NCBI RefSeq assembly: GCF_900083515.1
Contig: NZ_LT671858.1
Span: forward strand, 1,230,001-1,262,000
Direction: 5' to 3'
Source of the DNA: Cuniculiplasma divulgatum
GTDB taxonomy: Archaea; Thermoplasmatota; Thermoplasmata; Thermoplasmatales; Thermoplasmataceae
DNA length: 32,000 nt
Part shown: piece after piece, positions 17,710-25,771 of the stretch
Layout: the number at the start of each line of letters is the position of its first letter
Numbering within the stretch: position 1 is the stretch's first letter
Program-made: the position numbers and the translations under genes
The notes under the pieces: model-generated
Databases searched by the model: none
What the model was told of the DNA's origin: nothing
Seen by the model: only the letters and a program-made list of their open reading frames with translations

Positions 17710-18100
17710 AGTTGTGGAACTTGTCTCTGATTCCAGATCAATCAGAGAAATAGATCAGAACCTAAATTTCAATCATTCATTTTTTAATAAAAAAATAGGG
17801 AAGCCAGCTCTGGTAGAGGCCTGGAAAAGATCGGAGAAATTTCCAAAAACCAGAGTAAGAGATAGAGGAATGTATTTTTTATGCCTAATTACTGGAGAAA
17901 CAAATTTAGAAAGGGCAAAGGAAATTGGTGGATACAAACATGATGACATGAGGTCTTACATAATTTATGAAGATCACGATAGACATTTCATAGATGATTT
18001 GAAAGGGATCACCAGTATTCCATACACAAATTTATCAGATGAGGGAAAGACATTTTATTTTGAAATGACTATGGTTGAACTTGAGCTGATACATAAATGA
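17699..18100 (+). CDS. Hypothetical protein (133 aa as listed), with a possible HTH-like segment.
   Basis: The GTG start overlaps the lonB end. The stop overlaps the next ATG (ATGA at 18097-18100), which supports it being translated. I recognised no family. Start position uncertain. Confidence 0.45.
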
Positions 18101-19020
18101 CAGTAAATAAATTTCTTGCATATACTGGACATATCAACCTTGATGTTGTGCTCAAGGTTGACAAGATAAATGACAATGTTACCCTGCCAGTCAGTGAGGT
18201 AAAGGAAACCTTTGGTGGCACTGCAGGAAATTTTGCAATTGTTGCCTCTAAACTTGGAATGAGATTCAGATTGTATTCAATAGTCTCGAAGGTAAGTCAC
18301 GGGAACTACATAAAGAAATTGAATGAACTGAATATAGATCTAAGTGGCATAAAGATAACTGATGAAAGTTATGGACCAGTCTGCTATGCAGTCAACGATG
18401 GAGAAAAACAGAAATATTTCCTCGCAGAAGGACCAATGAAATATGAAAAATATAATATTCTTGATGAAAAGTATGAACATCTGCATCTTGGAACTGGAAA
18501 TCCGGAACTGAATGTGCAGATGATTGAAAATGCCATGTTTGACTCTCTTTCTTTTGATCCATCACAGGAAGTATTCTTCAAATATGGAAAAAAAGAACTT
18601 GGATACTTCCTTGAAAAATGTGAATTCATAATGGGAAACGAGGAAGAAATAAAATTCATGTTTAAAACATCAGAATTTGATCTAAAGGATTATGCTGGCA
18701 AAAAGCACACAGTCATAATGACTGCAGGATCAAAAGGCGCTTATGTCTACGGTGACAGGAATACGCATGTATATCCCTTTGATGAGGTTGTGGAAGGGGG
18801 CAATACTCTTGGGGCTGGAGATTCTTTCAGAGCAGGTTTCTATTATGGATTGAAGAACGGACTAAGTATCGTTGATGCTGTAAAATGCGGAAATGCAACA
18901 TCATATGAAATAGTGAAGAATGGAATTGAAAATGCCGATCTTGTTGGTGAGGGGATATTAAGCATAGCAAAAAAATTAAGTGCAGAAGAAATTGCGTTAG
19001 ATGACAGTTTACACTTTTGA
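18097..19020 (+). CDS. PfkB/ribokinase-family carbohydrate or nucleoside kinase.
   Basis: N-terminal GHINLDVV...FGGTAGNFA and the C-terminal anion-hole/catalytic motif GAGDSFRAGFYYG. Substrate cannot be assigned from sequence alone. Confidence 0.8.
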   Translation: MTVNKFLAYTGHINLDVVLKVDKINDNVTLPVSEVKETFGGTAGNFAIVASKLGMRFRLYSIVSKVSHGNYIKKLNELNIDLSGIKITDESYGPVCYAVNDGEKQKYFLAEGPMKYEKYNILDEKYEHLHLGTGNPELNVQMIENAMFDSLSFDPSQEVFFKYGKKELGYFLEKCEFIMGNEEEIKFMFKTSEFDLKDYAGKKHTVIMTAGSKGAYVYGDRNTHVYPFDEVVEGGNTLGAGDSFRAGFYYGLKNGLSIVDAVKCGNATSYEIVKNGIENADLVGEGILSIAKKLSAEEIALDDSLHF

Positions 19021-19525
19021 GGGAAGAATACCAAACATCTCGCCGGAATCATATATTTCCCCAAACGCTACGGTGATTGGTGATGTTACAATTAAGGGAG
19101 AAGTATGGGTTGGTCCTGGTGCGGTGATAAGGGGAGATTATGGAAAGATCATTATAGGAAATGGAACGGCAGTGGAAGATAATGTGGTGATTCATGCCAG
19201 ACCAGGAGAGGTGACTACCATCGGAGAACATGTAACACTGGGTCACTCGTGTGTTATCCATACTGCGACCATAGAGGACTATGCTGTAATAGGAATGCAT
19301 TCTACTGTAACCGATTTTGCAAAGGTTGGAAAGTGGGCGGTTATAGCCGAACACGCACTCGTTAAGACGAGACAGACAATTGAACCAGAGAAAATAGCAG
19401 GAGGTGTTCCAGCTAAGGTAATAAAGGATGTTTCAGAAGATTACAAAGCACTTTGGGCTGACTACAAATACAATTATACTTCTTTCTGCAAGAGGTATAA
19501 GGACGGACTTAAGGAAAAATTATAA
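19001..19525 (+). CDS. Gamma-class carbonic anhydrase-like / left-handed beta-helix (hexapeptide repeat) protein, YrdA/PaaY/CaiE family.
   Basis: MTVYTFEGRIPNISPESYISPNATVIGDVTIKGEVWVGPGAVIRGDYGKIIIGNGTAVEDNVVIH is the canonical family N-terminus, with hexapeptide periodicity. Confidence 0.8.
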   Translation: MTVYTFEGRIPNISPESYISPNATVIGDVTIKGEVWVGPGAVIRGDYGKIIIGNGTAVEDNVVIHARPGEVTTIGEHVTLGHSCVIHTATIEDYAVIGMHSTVTDFAKVGKWAVIAEHALVKTRQTIEPEKIAGGVPAKVIKDVSEDYKALWADYKYNYTSFCKRYKDGLKEKL

Positions 19526-19543
19526 TAGCACTGTCTTTCTCTC

Positions 19544-20767
19544 ATGTTTATGGATGAAAGGTTCGATATTAAAGGGACTTCGCTTAGAATAATTCTCGAT
19601 TCCAGAGGAAATAAAACAGTTGAAGCTACGGTAATTTTAAATTCGGGTGCAGAAGGAATATGTTCTGCACCTGCAGGGGCGAGTACGGGAGCCACAGAGG
19701 TAATTCCGTTCAGGGATGGAAGGGCAGAAGAAAGTCTCAATTTCTTTGAAAGAAATGTGAGGGAGTCGCTGAAGGGATTCAATGGATTTAATCAAACTGG
19801 GTTTGATAATCTTTTGAAAAATATCGATGGCACTGAAAACTTCTCATCAATGGGAGGTAATGTTTCCACGGCACTATCCATTGCCCTGGCAAAGGCTGTT
19901 TCTAAAGAACTTGGGATTCCTCTGTACAGATATGCCGGAGGTAATTTCCGAATGAAAGCACCAAAACCAATTGGAAATGTAATTGGTGGTGGAAAACATG
20001 CAATTAACGGGACGACATTTCAGGAGTTTTTAGTCTCCAATGACTCCTCCTCATTTCTAGCGGCCATAGAGGTTAATGCTCTTGTCCACAAGAGAATTGG
20101 TCAGAAAGCAAAGGACATTATGAAGAATGTAAGTATTGGAGTAGGAGATGAAAGGGCATGGGTTTTATCAATAAGTGATGAACAGGCAATGCAGTTGCTG
20201 AAAGATTCAGCCAATGAGATATCTAAAGAGAAAAAGGTGAAGGTTTATCTTGGATTTGATGCCGCTGCTTCAAGTTTTTATGAGAAAGGAAAATATGTAT
20301 ACAAGGAAAAGAAGAGGGATCAGGGAGAACAGATACAGTACATTATTGACGCTCACAAAAATTATGGATTTTATTATATGGAAGATCCAATGGATGAGGC
20401 TGATTTCGAAGGACATGCAGAAATTACAAAAGCAGTTGGGAAGAATGCTCTCATAGTAGGAGACGATCTATACACAACCAATGCAAGCAGGATAAGGAAA
20501 GGTATAGAAACAAAGGCTACAAACGGTGTGCTTATCAAGGTTAATCAAATAGGAACACTCACAGATACATGGGACGCAGTCAAAACTGCAACTTCAGCAT
20601 CAATGGAAAATGTGATCTCCCACAGGAGTGGGGAAACCACTGATGATTTCATTGCACATCTATCCCTTGCATTCTCCTCCACATTCATAAAAAGTGGAAC
20701 CATAGGAGGGGAAAGACTGGCAAAATTAAATGAGCTTGTGAGACTTCAGGAAGAGATTGAGCACTGA
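19544..20767 (+). CDS. eno: Enolase (phosphopyruvate hydratase).
   Basis: [73 protein letters not shown] and [23 protein letters not shown]. The catalytic and metal-ligand positions I can place are conserved. Confidence 0.92.
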   Translation: MFMDERFDIKGTSLRIILDSRGNKTVEATVILNSGAEGICSAPAGASTGATEVIPFRDGRAEESLNFFERNVRESLKGFNGFNQTGFDNLLKNIDGTENFSSMGGNVSTALSIALAKAVSKELGIPLYRYAGGNFRMKAPKPIGNVIGGGKHAINGTTFQEFLVSNDSSSFLAAIEVNALVHKRIGQKAKDIMKNVSIGVGDERAWVLSISDEQAMQLLKDSANEISKEKKVKVYLGFDAAASSFYEKGKYVYKEKKRDQGEQIQYIIDAHKNYGFYYMEDPMDEADFEGHAEITKAVGKNALIVGDDLYTTNASRIRKGIETKATNGVLIKVNQIGTLTDTWDAVKTATSASMENVISHRSGETTDDFIAHLSLAFSSTFIKSGTIGGERLAKLNELVRLQEEIEH

Positions 20768-21569
20768 AAACTTAAACATAATCGGTTCCGGTCTTCGCGG
20801 GATCGGTAGCCTGACCATTATAGAGATGGATATTCTTGGTAGATCAGACCATATTTTCATTGATGATTATACCTCAATATTTCCAGAGAGTTTCAGGGAA
20901 GATCTGGAGAAGAGCATTTCAAAACCCATAATTTTGCTTAAGAGAGAGGATGTTGAAAGCTTTTCATTTATAAAAGAAGGAAGTGGAACTGTTTCACTCA
21001 TAGTATCTGGCGATCCTATGACTTCAACAACTCATTTCTCTATAATTAGTTACTGCAAGATTAATAATATCAAATGGAGGATATTTGAAAATGCATCCAT
21101 TACTGGTGCAGTTGCAGGTAGAACGGGACTATCATCCTACCGTACAGGAATAACTGTTTCATTACCAGAAATATATGAAAATTTTATCCCCGTCAGCCCG
21201 CTACAAAATATAGTCAGAAATCTCAGGAATAGGCTTCACACAATTATATTGATTGATTTGAAAAATGGAAAGAATTTAGATATTGTGAGAGTTCATCATA
21301 TTGTCAAAGTGATGATAGAAAAAACAGGTTATCGTGAACTTCAATCTATCCCGGTACTGATTCTTCAGAGAGTGGGCTGGAACGATGAACATATTTTTAC
21401 TTCCACTCTAGATGGGATGGGCAATAGGAAGGTAGAATCACCATATTGCCTGGTGGTTCCGTTCAGGCCAGACTCAAATGAGATAGAGAATATGAAGTCC
21501 CTTAATCTTGAGGAAATCAGCATATTCGAGAAATTCAATTATGAAAAAATTCCTGAAAAACTGGATTGA
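20757..21569 (+). CDS. dph5: Diphthine synthase (Dph5/DphB, tetrapyrrole-methylase fold).
   Basis: [35 protein letters not shown] and [15 protein letters not shown] match the diphthine synthase pattern. The TTG start overlaps the enolase 3' end by 11 nt. Confidence 0.78.
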   Translation: MSTENLNIIGSGLRGIGSLTIIEMDILGRSDHIFIDDYTSIFPESFREDLEKSISKPIILLKREDVESFSFIKEGSGTVSLIVSGDPMTSTTHFSIISYCKINNIKWRIFENASITGAVAGRTGLSSYRTGITVSLPEIYENFIPVSPLQNIVRNLRNRLHTIILIDLKNGKNLDIVRVHHIVKVMIEKTGYRELQSIPVLILQRVGWNDEHIFTSTLDGMGNRKVESPYCLVVPFRPDSNEIENMKSLNLEEISIFEKFNYEKIPEKLD

Positions 21570-21578
21570 ATTGCTTAA

Positions 21579-21627
21579 CTAATCTATGGTGCAGATTAGA
21601 TGTGGTTCCTTCTAAATCTTAGTTTTT
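21579..21627 (+). terminator. Candidate terminator of the lonB-dph5 string: a 7-bp hairpin followed by a T5 tract.
   Basis: CTAATCT (21579-21585) / AGATTAG (21593-21599) with a 7-nt loop, 10 nt after the dph5 stop. TTTTT at 21623-21627. Archaeal termination typically uses oligo-T. Confidence 0.3.
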
Positions 21628-21682
21628 CTTATTTAAGTTATCAATATTAGGTTAAAACTGAAGGCTATGAAAGCATAAGGAT

Positions 21683-21713
21683 ATAAATCTAAAGTAACCA
21701 GAATAAATCTAAA
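21683..21713 (+). promoter_or_regulatory. Two identical 11-nt direct repeats ATAAATCTAAA spaced 20 bp apart, upstream of and overlapping the TATA region of the PEBP gene.
   Basis: Copies at 21683-21693 and 21703-21713. A partial copy TAAATCT lies at 21613-21619. The ATG is at 21745. Confidence 0.25.
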
Positions 21714-21744
21714 AAATATTAAACACTTACAGTATACAGAACCC

Positions 21745-22209
21745 ATGTCTTTTGAAATGCACGTTGACACTATTAAGTACGGGGACGAAATTTCTGAAAA
21801 ATACACTTGCAGTGGACAGAATATCTCTCCTGAAATCAAATGGAAGGATGCTCCATCGTCCACAAAGGAAATTGTCCTATTCATGGATGATCCAGATGCA
21901 CCAAGAAAATCATTCAATCACTGGTGCATGAGAAATATTCAGTCATCTGTTGGCACAATTCACGAAAATGTTCCTATTGCCGAAAAGACAGATGAGGGCT
22001 GGATACAGTTAAAAAATGACTTTGGAAAAAATGGATATGGAGGTCCATGCCCCCCCGGAAAGAAAACGCATAAATATACTGTAACATTATATGCACTTGT
22101 AAGGCCACTGAATGAATCAGAAACAGTTGACAGAGAAAGTATGCGAAAACTCTGCGAAACATTAATGGTCAAAAAGGTTACATGGATGTTTACATATGGA
22201 AAAAAATGA
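21745..22209 (+). CDS. PEBP-family protein (YbhB/YbcL type).
   Basis: ISPEIKWKDAP, LFMDDPDAP and YGGPCPPGKKTHKYTVTLYAL are the hallmark PEBP motifs. Confidence 0.85.
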   Translation: MSFEMHVDTIKYGDEISEKYTCSGQNISPEIKWKDAPSSTKEIVLFMDDPDAPRKSFNHWCMRNIQSSVGTIHENVPIAEKTDEGWIQLKNDFGKNGYGGPCPPGKKTHKYTVTLYALVRPLNESETVDRESMRKLCETLMVKKVTWMFTYGKK

Positions 22210-22747
22210 TGGAAAGTTGCCGCTGGTGATCATGTCCGGTGGCACTGGATCTAGAATGAATATGCCTGATAAAGGTTTACTGATGATTAGAGGTGAAACC
22301 CTGATAGGAAGGAACCTCAAATTTCTTGAAGAAGTGGCGAAGCCTGTTTATCTTGCAGTCACTCCGAATACAGAGATCACTGAAAAATACTATTCTGAAA
22401 AGTTAGAAATAATCAAGACATCAGGTAACGGATATTCAGAAGATCTTGGAAAAGTTCTGAAAAAGATAAATACATACCCTATAATGGTTATTCCGGGTGA
22501 CATTTACTTTTCAGATCAGGAAGTTGTTAACAGCTTTATCTCCTTTGCAAAGAAAAGTGGGAAGGGTATTGTATCAATGTTAATCGAGGGACTTTTCTGT
22601 GGTGTGAGTATATTTTTCTCCCCTCCTGATGATGTAAAAAGTGAGGAGTTCCAGTCCTTTGATGTTTCTGAAAAGCAGGCATATAATGTCAACACTGTTG
22701 AGGACTTCTTTCTCATACTTAACAGATTGAAAAAGCAGAAGAACTAG
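22196..22747 (+). CDS. Nucleotidyltransferase, MobA/CobY-like (NTP_transf_3).
   Basis: LPLVIMSGGTGSRMNMPDKGLLMIRGETLI (G-rich NTP loop) and TSGNGYSEDL, which resembles archaeal CobY as I recall it. Overlaps the PEBP stop by 14 nt. Confidence 0.5.
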   Translation: MEKNDGKLPLVIMSGGTGSRMNMPDKGLLMIRGETLIGRNLKFLEEVAKPVYLAVTPNTEITEKYYSEKLEIIKTSGNGYSEDLGKVLKKINTYPIMVIPGDIYFSDQEVVNSFISFAKKSGKGIVSMLIEGLFCGVSIFFSPPDDVKSEEFQSFDVSEKQAYNVNTVEDFFLILNRLKKQKN

Positions 22748-22748
22748 A

Positions 22749-23180
22749 ATGGCAAGCGAACGGGCTAAAAAGGCTGGAAGGGCTCTTCTGAAGTTTTCCT
22801 CATATTTCAGGGAAAATAGAGATGCAGCTACTGTAATGTTTATAGGTGCATTTATAACATTTGTGATTTCTTTATCTATTCTTTATCTTTCAATTCAAAA
22901 TGGAAGCTTCCTGAAAGCGGATAATGCAATCTTTGAGATTCTGACTGATGTTATTGCTCCTATACTTGAAATTGTAGCATCAGTGGTCATGTTTAGAAGG
23001 GTATATCTCCATAGATCAATGGGTGGGCTTGGTATCCTGATGGGAATAATTTCACTTCCGGGAAGTGAAGGGGGTTTGCTAATAGGCTTCATATTGGTTG
23101 TAATAGGCGGAGTCATGAGCATGCTTTACAGGGAACCCTATACAGGAAAAGATAATGATGCTAAGAAGATAGATAAATAA
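22749..23180 (+). CDS. Small membrane protein (about 4 TM), unknown family.
   Basis: 143-aa ORF starting 2 nt after the previous stop. Hydrophobic segments VMFIGAFITFVISLSILYL, VIAPILEIVASVVMF, GLGILMGIISL and LLIGFILVVIGGVMSML. Confidence 0.55.
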   Translation: MASERAKKAGRALLKFSSYFRENRDAATVMFIGAFITFVISLSILYLSIQNGSFLKADNAIFEILTDVIAPILEIVASVVMFRRVYLHRSMGGLGILMGIISLPGSEGGLLIGFILVVIGGVMSMLYREPYTGKDNDAKKIDK

Positions 23181-23269
23181 ACACACGATAATCGTTTCAG
23201 TATAAATAAAATTAAATAATGAAATAGCAATGCTTACTTACGATCTCTAACGGTGTATATTACCTATCC

Positions 23270-23560
23270 ATGCTGCTTGCTGCTATAGGATTTTTCTTCC
23301 TTGGTGCATGGTTTTACCAGATAGTTTCGTGGTTTCCCAGAGGTGGTAAGTCTGTTACTGGAACAAAGAGTTTAATCGGACAAATAGGCCAGATCGTAAG
23401 GGATAACGGCACAAATATGATTGTAAGGGTTGATGGGCAGAACTGGAATGCAAAGTACCAGAGTGTAGACAGACCCCCAGTTGGTGCAAAGGTGAAGATA
23501 ATTTCTGTGAAAGGATTGAGTCTCGTAATAGAACCTCAAAATAAACTCAGAAAGAATTGA
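23270..23560 (+). CDS. Short NfeD-like protein (one TM plus a C-terminal OB-fold), paralog 1.
   Basis: TM IGFFFLGAWFYQIVSWF, then LIGQIGQIVRDNGTNMIVRVDGQNWNAKYQSVDRPPVGAKVKIISVKGLSLVIEP. This fits the NfeD C-terminal pattern G..G.v...G.V.V.G..W.A....i..G..V.V..V.GL.L.V.P. Start uncertain (see findings). Confidence 0.65.
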   Translation: MLLAAIGFFFLGAWFYQIVSWFPRGGKSVTGTKSLIGQIGQIVRDNGTNMIVRVDGQNWNAKYQSVDRPPVGAKVKIISVKGLSLVIEPQNKLRKN

Positions 23561-23611
23561 ATGGTGAGAAATCTTACTAAATATTAATTAGTTACAATTC
23601 TATCTCAATAT

Positions 23612-23926
23612 ATGATAAGCGACGACCTGTTTTACATATCAATATTACTTGTTGCAATTGTTTTTTTCTTTTTAGGTGCATGGTTCTACAGACTTGTTTT
23701 ATGGTACCCAAGGGGAGGAAGGGCAGTTACCGGTACTAAAAGCATGATTGGCAAGATTGGACGGGTAGTGAGAGATAACGGAACAAATATGGTCGTGAGG
23801 GTTGATGGGCAGAACTGGAATGCAAAATATGTTGGGGAACACAGACCGGAAGTGGGAGACAGAGTTAGCATAAAGGACGTAAATGGACTCAATCTTTTGG
23901 TAGAGGAGATAAAAGATGGGAATTGA
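23612..23926 (+). CDS. Short NfeD-like protein (one TM plus a C-terminal OB-fold), paralog 2.
   Basis: Roughly two-thirds identical to paralog 1 by eye, with the same NfeD OB-fold pattern. A TATA-like AAATATTAA sits about 28 nt upstream of the ATG. Confidence 0.7.
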   Translation: MISDDLFYISILLVAIVFFFLGAWFYRLVLWYPRGGRAVTGTKSMIGKIGRVVRDNGTNMVVRVDGQNWNAKYVGEHRPEVGDRVSIKDVNGLNLLVEEIKDGN

Positions 23927-24125
23927 TTGTTCCCAGCTTGGCAAGGCCCTCATAATAAGAAGAGATGGAACTAGGAAACTGCTTTCCCTTGAAGAAACTA
24001 TACAGCTTTGCAATGAATCCTTAAACTCTGGAAAGGCATTTCATGAAATTCTGAAGAGAACTGAGCCAAATCTTAAGGTTATAAGATTCATTCAGGATGG
24101 AAACGATGAAGATAACACTGAATAA
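23916..24125 (+). CDS. Hypothetical 69-aa protein. Doubtful.
   Basis: The ORF overlaps the NfeD2 3' end by 11 nt and the epimerase 5' end by 20-29 nt. Composition looks protein-like, but I recognised no motif. Confidence 0.3.
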   Translation: MGIDCSQLGKALIIRRDGTRKLLSLEETIQLCNESLNSGKAFHEILKRTEPNLKVIRFIQDGNDEDNTE

Positions 24126-24927
24126 TGAATCAATTAGGGCAGATATTGACAGTAATGGATGCTATATTGAAGGTGTTGAGTTCAGGGAAAATGAAATCAT
24201 AAAAAGAACTCAGGATGGACATAAAACCCATGGGGGATGCGCACCACTATTTCCGTACGCAAACAGAATAAAGGGTGGGAAATATGAATGGCTTGGAAAA
24301 TCCTATGAATTTAAAAAATATCTGGATGGGAACTCAATTCATGGATTTGCCAAGGATCGACAGTGGGACATAATTGATCAAAGCGAAAATTCTGTTCAAA
24401 TGAAAATGAACCTGGAGGATGAATCCTATCCATTTGATGTGGATGTTACAGTTGTTATTGAAATTAGTAATGATGGTTTCAGGGAGAATGCAAGGTTTTT
24501 CAACAATCATAATACCACAGTACCATTGAGCCCTGGCTTTCATCCCTATTTTGTAACAGGATCAAACTGGGAAATCTTACTGAAATCGAGGCCACTAAAA
24601 TCACTGAAGATTGATCAGTATTTTCCTTCTGGAAATTATTCTGAATTTTACCGTCATTTTTATAAAAAGGAGTCACATGTTTACGATGACTGTTTCAGGT
24701 ATTCTGGGGACATACAGCTAAGGGGAGATTATTTTGTGTATGATGTAAAAAGAACAAATTCTGAATTCTTCATGGTGTATGATGGAAAATTCAGCGATTC
24801 CATATCTGTTGCCATAGAACCAATGGCATCAGAAGTTAATTCGTTCCAAACCGGGAATATGCTGAAGATATTAAAACCAGGAGAGGAGTGGGAGTTTGGA
24901 TACTCTGTTTCAATTTCCTCTCTATAG
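24097..24927 (+). CDS. Aldose 1-epimerase (galactose mutarotase-like) family protein.
   Basis: IHGFAKDRQW, SPGFHPYF and VAIEPMAS match the conserved His/His/Glu-bearing motifs of the mutarotase superfamily. An alternative start ATG is at 24106. Confidence 0.75.
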   Translation: METMKITLNNESIRADIDSNGCYIEGVEFRENEIIKRTQDGHKTHGGCAPLFPYANRIKGGKYEWLGKSYEFKKYLDGNSIHGFAKDRQWDIIDQSENSVQMKMNLEDESYPFDVDVTVVIEISNDGFRENARFFNNHNTTVPLSPGFHPYFVTGSNWEILLKSRPLKSLKIDQYFPSGNYSEFYRHFYKKESHVYDDCFRYSGDIQLRGDYFVYDVKRTNSEFFMVYDGKFSDSISVAIEPMASEVNSFQTGNMLKILKPGEEWEFGYSVSISSL

Positions 24928-24934
24928 GATCATA

Positions 24935-25429
24935 TTATTTTGTCCTGAAATGTTTAACCATTATTCCAAAGGCTTCTCCCAGAATTATTCCAGCTAGAAA
25001 GGTAAATGTAATTGTAATTACAGGGTCAACAAAGGTTGGAAAATGTGGTTCGTAGAGATAGGAATACCATTTTACCAGGAAAAGGAATGACCATGCGATG
25101 GCTACCCCTGCTGATGACTGGTATATTTCATTTCCCTTTCTTCTTACTATTTGAGAGAGATCACCGATAATAAAACCAATAATAAAACCAAAGAGGTATA
25201 TTATCATTGAAAATTCGAATTCAAACAGTGTTAGGGTGATGGATGAATATAATGTAAGAAGAAGATAGATCAAAGGGTAAATAACTATCTTTCTTGAATA
25301 GGTTTTCCCAACCTTTGCTCTTACTGCTCTTAGCACCATTAGAAATATAGTAAATATAAGAAAAACGTAGAATTGTATTTTGAAACCTCTTATTATATTG
25401 ATAATGCTTTCTTCACTTAACGCGAACAT
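24935..25429 (-). CDS. Membrane protein (4-5 TM), unknown family.
   Basis: 164-aa hydrophobic ORF, convergent with the epimerase gene (7-nt spacer). Confidence 0.55.
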   Translation of the reverse strand: MFALSEESIINIIRGFKIQFYVFLIFTIFLMVLRAVRAKVGKTYSRKIVIYPLIYLLLTLYSSITLTLFEFEFSMIIYLFGFIIGFIIGDLSQIVRRKGNEIYQSSAGVAIAWSFLFLVKWYSYLYEPHFPTFVDPVITITFTFLAGIILGEAFGIMVKHFRTK

Positions 25430-25579
25430 ATTTACTTATATCCTCCAGAAAATATCGAATCCTGTAATCTGAAATTGCATTTATACTATTTCATTACAGT
25501 TTACGTTGTTGACTGAAATCTGGAAGTGGATCAGGCATTATAATCCCAATTCATTAATAGAACTATGTAATAACCAAAA

Positions 25580-25771
25580 ATGGATATGGGAAAGGTATTT
25601 CTTTTTGCTCTTTTGGGGGCAGTTATCGGAGCAGTTCTTGGGATAGTTGCTTCTCTCCTTGTAACGCAAAATAATTTCAGGGTTATGTTTCTAATGACCT
25701 TTACAGAAGTTGGAGTTATAGTTGGTCTTCTGGGAGGAGCGAAAATAGAAGACAGGAAATCAATAAACTAG
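25580..25771 (+). CDS. Small 2-TM, Gly-rich membrane protein.
   Basis: 63 aa with FLFALLGAVIGAVLGIVASLLV and VGVIVGLLGGA. Its stop overlaps the GH31 gene stop by 4 nt. Confidence 0.4.
   Translation: MDMGKVFLFALLGAVIGAVLGIVASLLVTQNNFRVMFLMTFTEVGVIVGLLGGAKIEDRKSIN

Larger units (their letters stand above)
23270..23926 (+). repeat. Tandem gene duplication (the two NfeD-like genes).
   Basis: A 29-nt block AGGGTTGATGGGCAGAACTGGAATGCAAA is identical at 23426-23454 and 23798-23826. The flanking sequence is clearly homologous but diverged. Confidence 0.8.

Noticed and set aside
19474-19782. 102-aa minus-strand ORF spanning the gamma-CA/enolase junction.
   Set aside because: It is antisense to two well-supported genes and has no motifs.
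21633-21917. 94-aa minus-strand ORF overlapping the PEBP promoter and 5' end.
   Set aside because: It overlaps a confidently identified PEBP gene and its TATA region, and looks like a shadow frame.
23686-24013. Minus-strand ORFs of 68 and 104 aa antisense to NfeD paralog 2.
   Set aside because: The plus-strand frame is supported by paralogy with the upstream copy and by the NfeD motif. The antisense frames are not conserved between the two copies.
25462-25499. 7-bp inverted repeat CTGTAAT-N24-ATTACAG in the 25430-25579 divergent spacer.
   Set aside because: It is AT-rich with a long loop and cannot be extended. Such repeats are expected by chance in a window of this size and composition.
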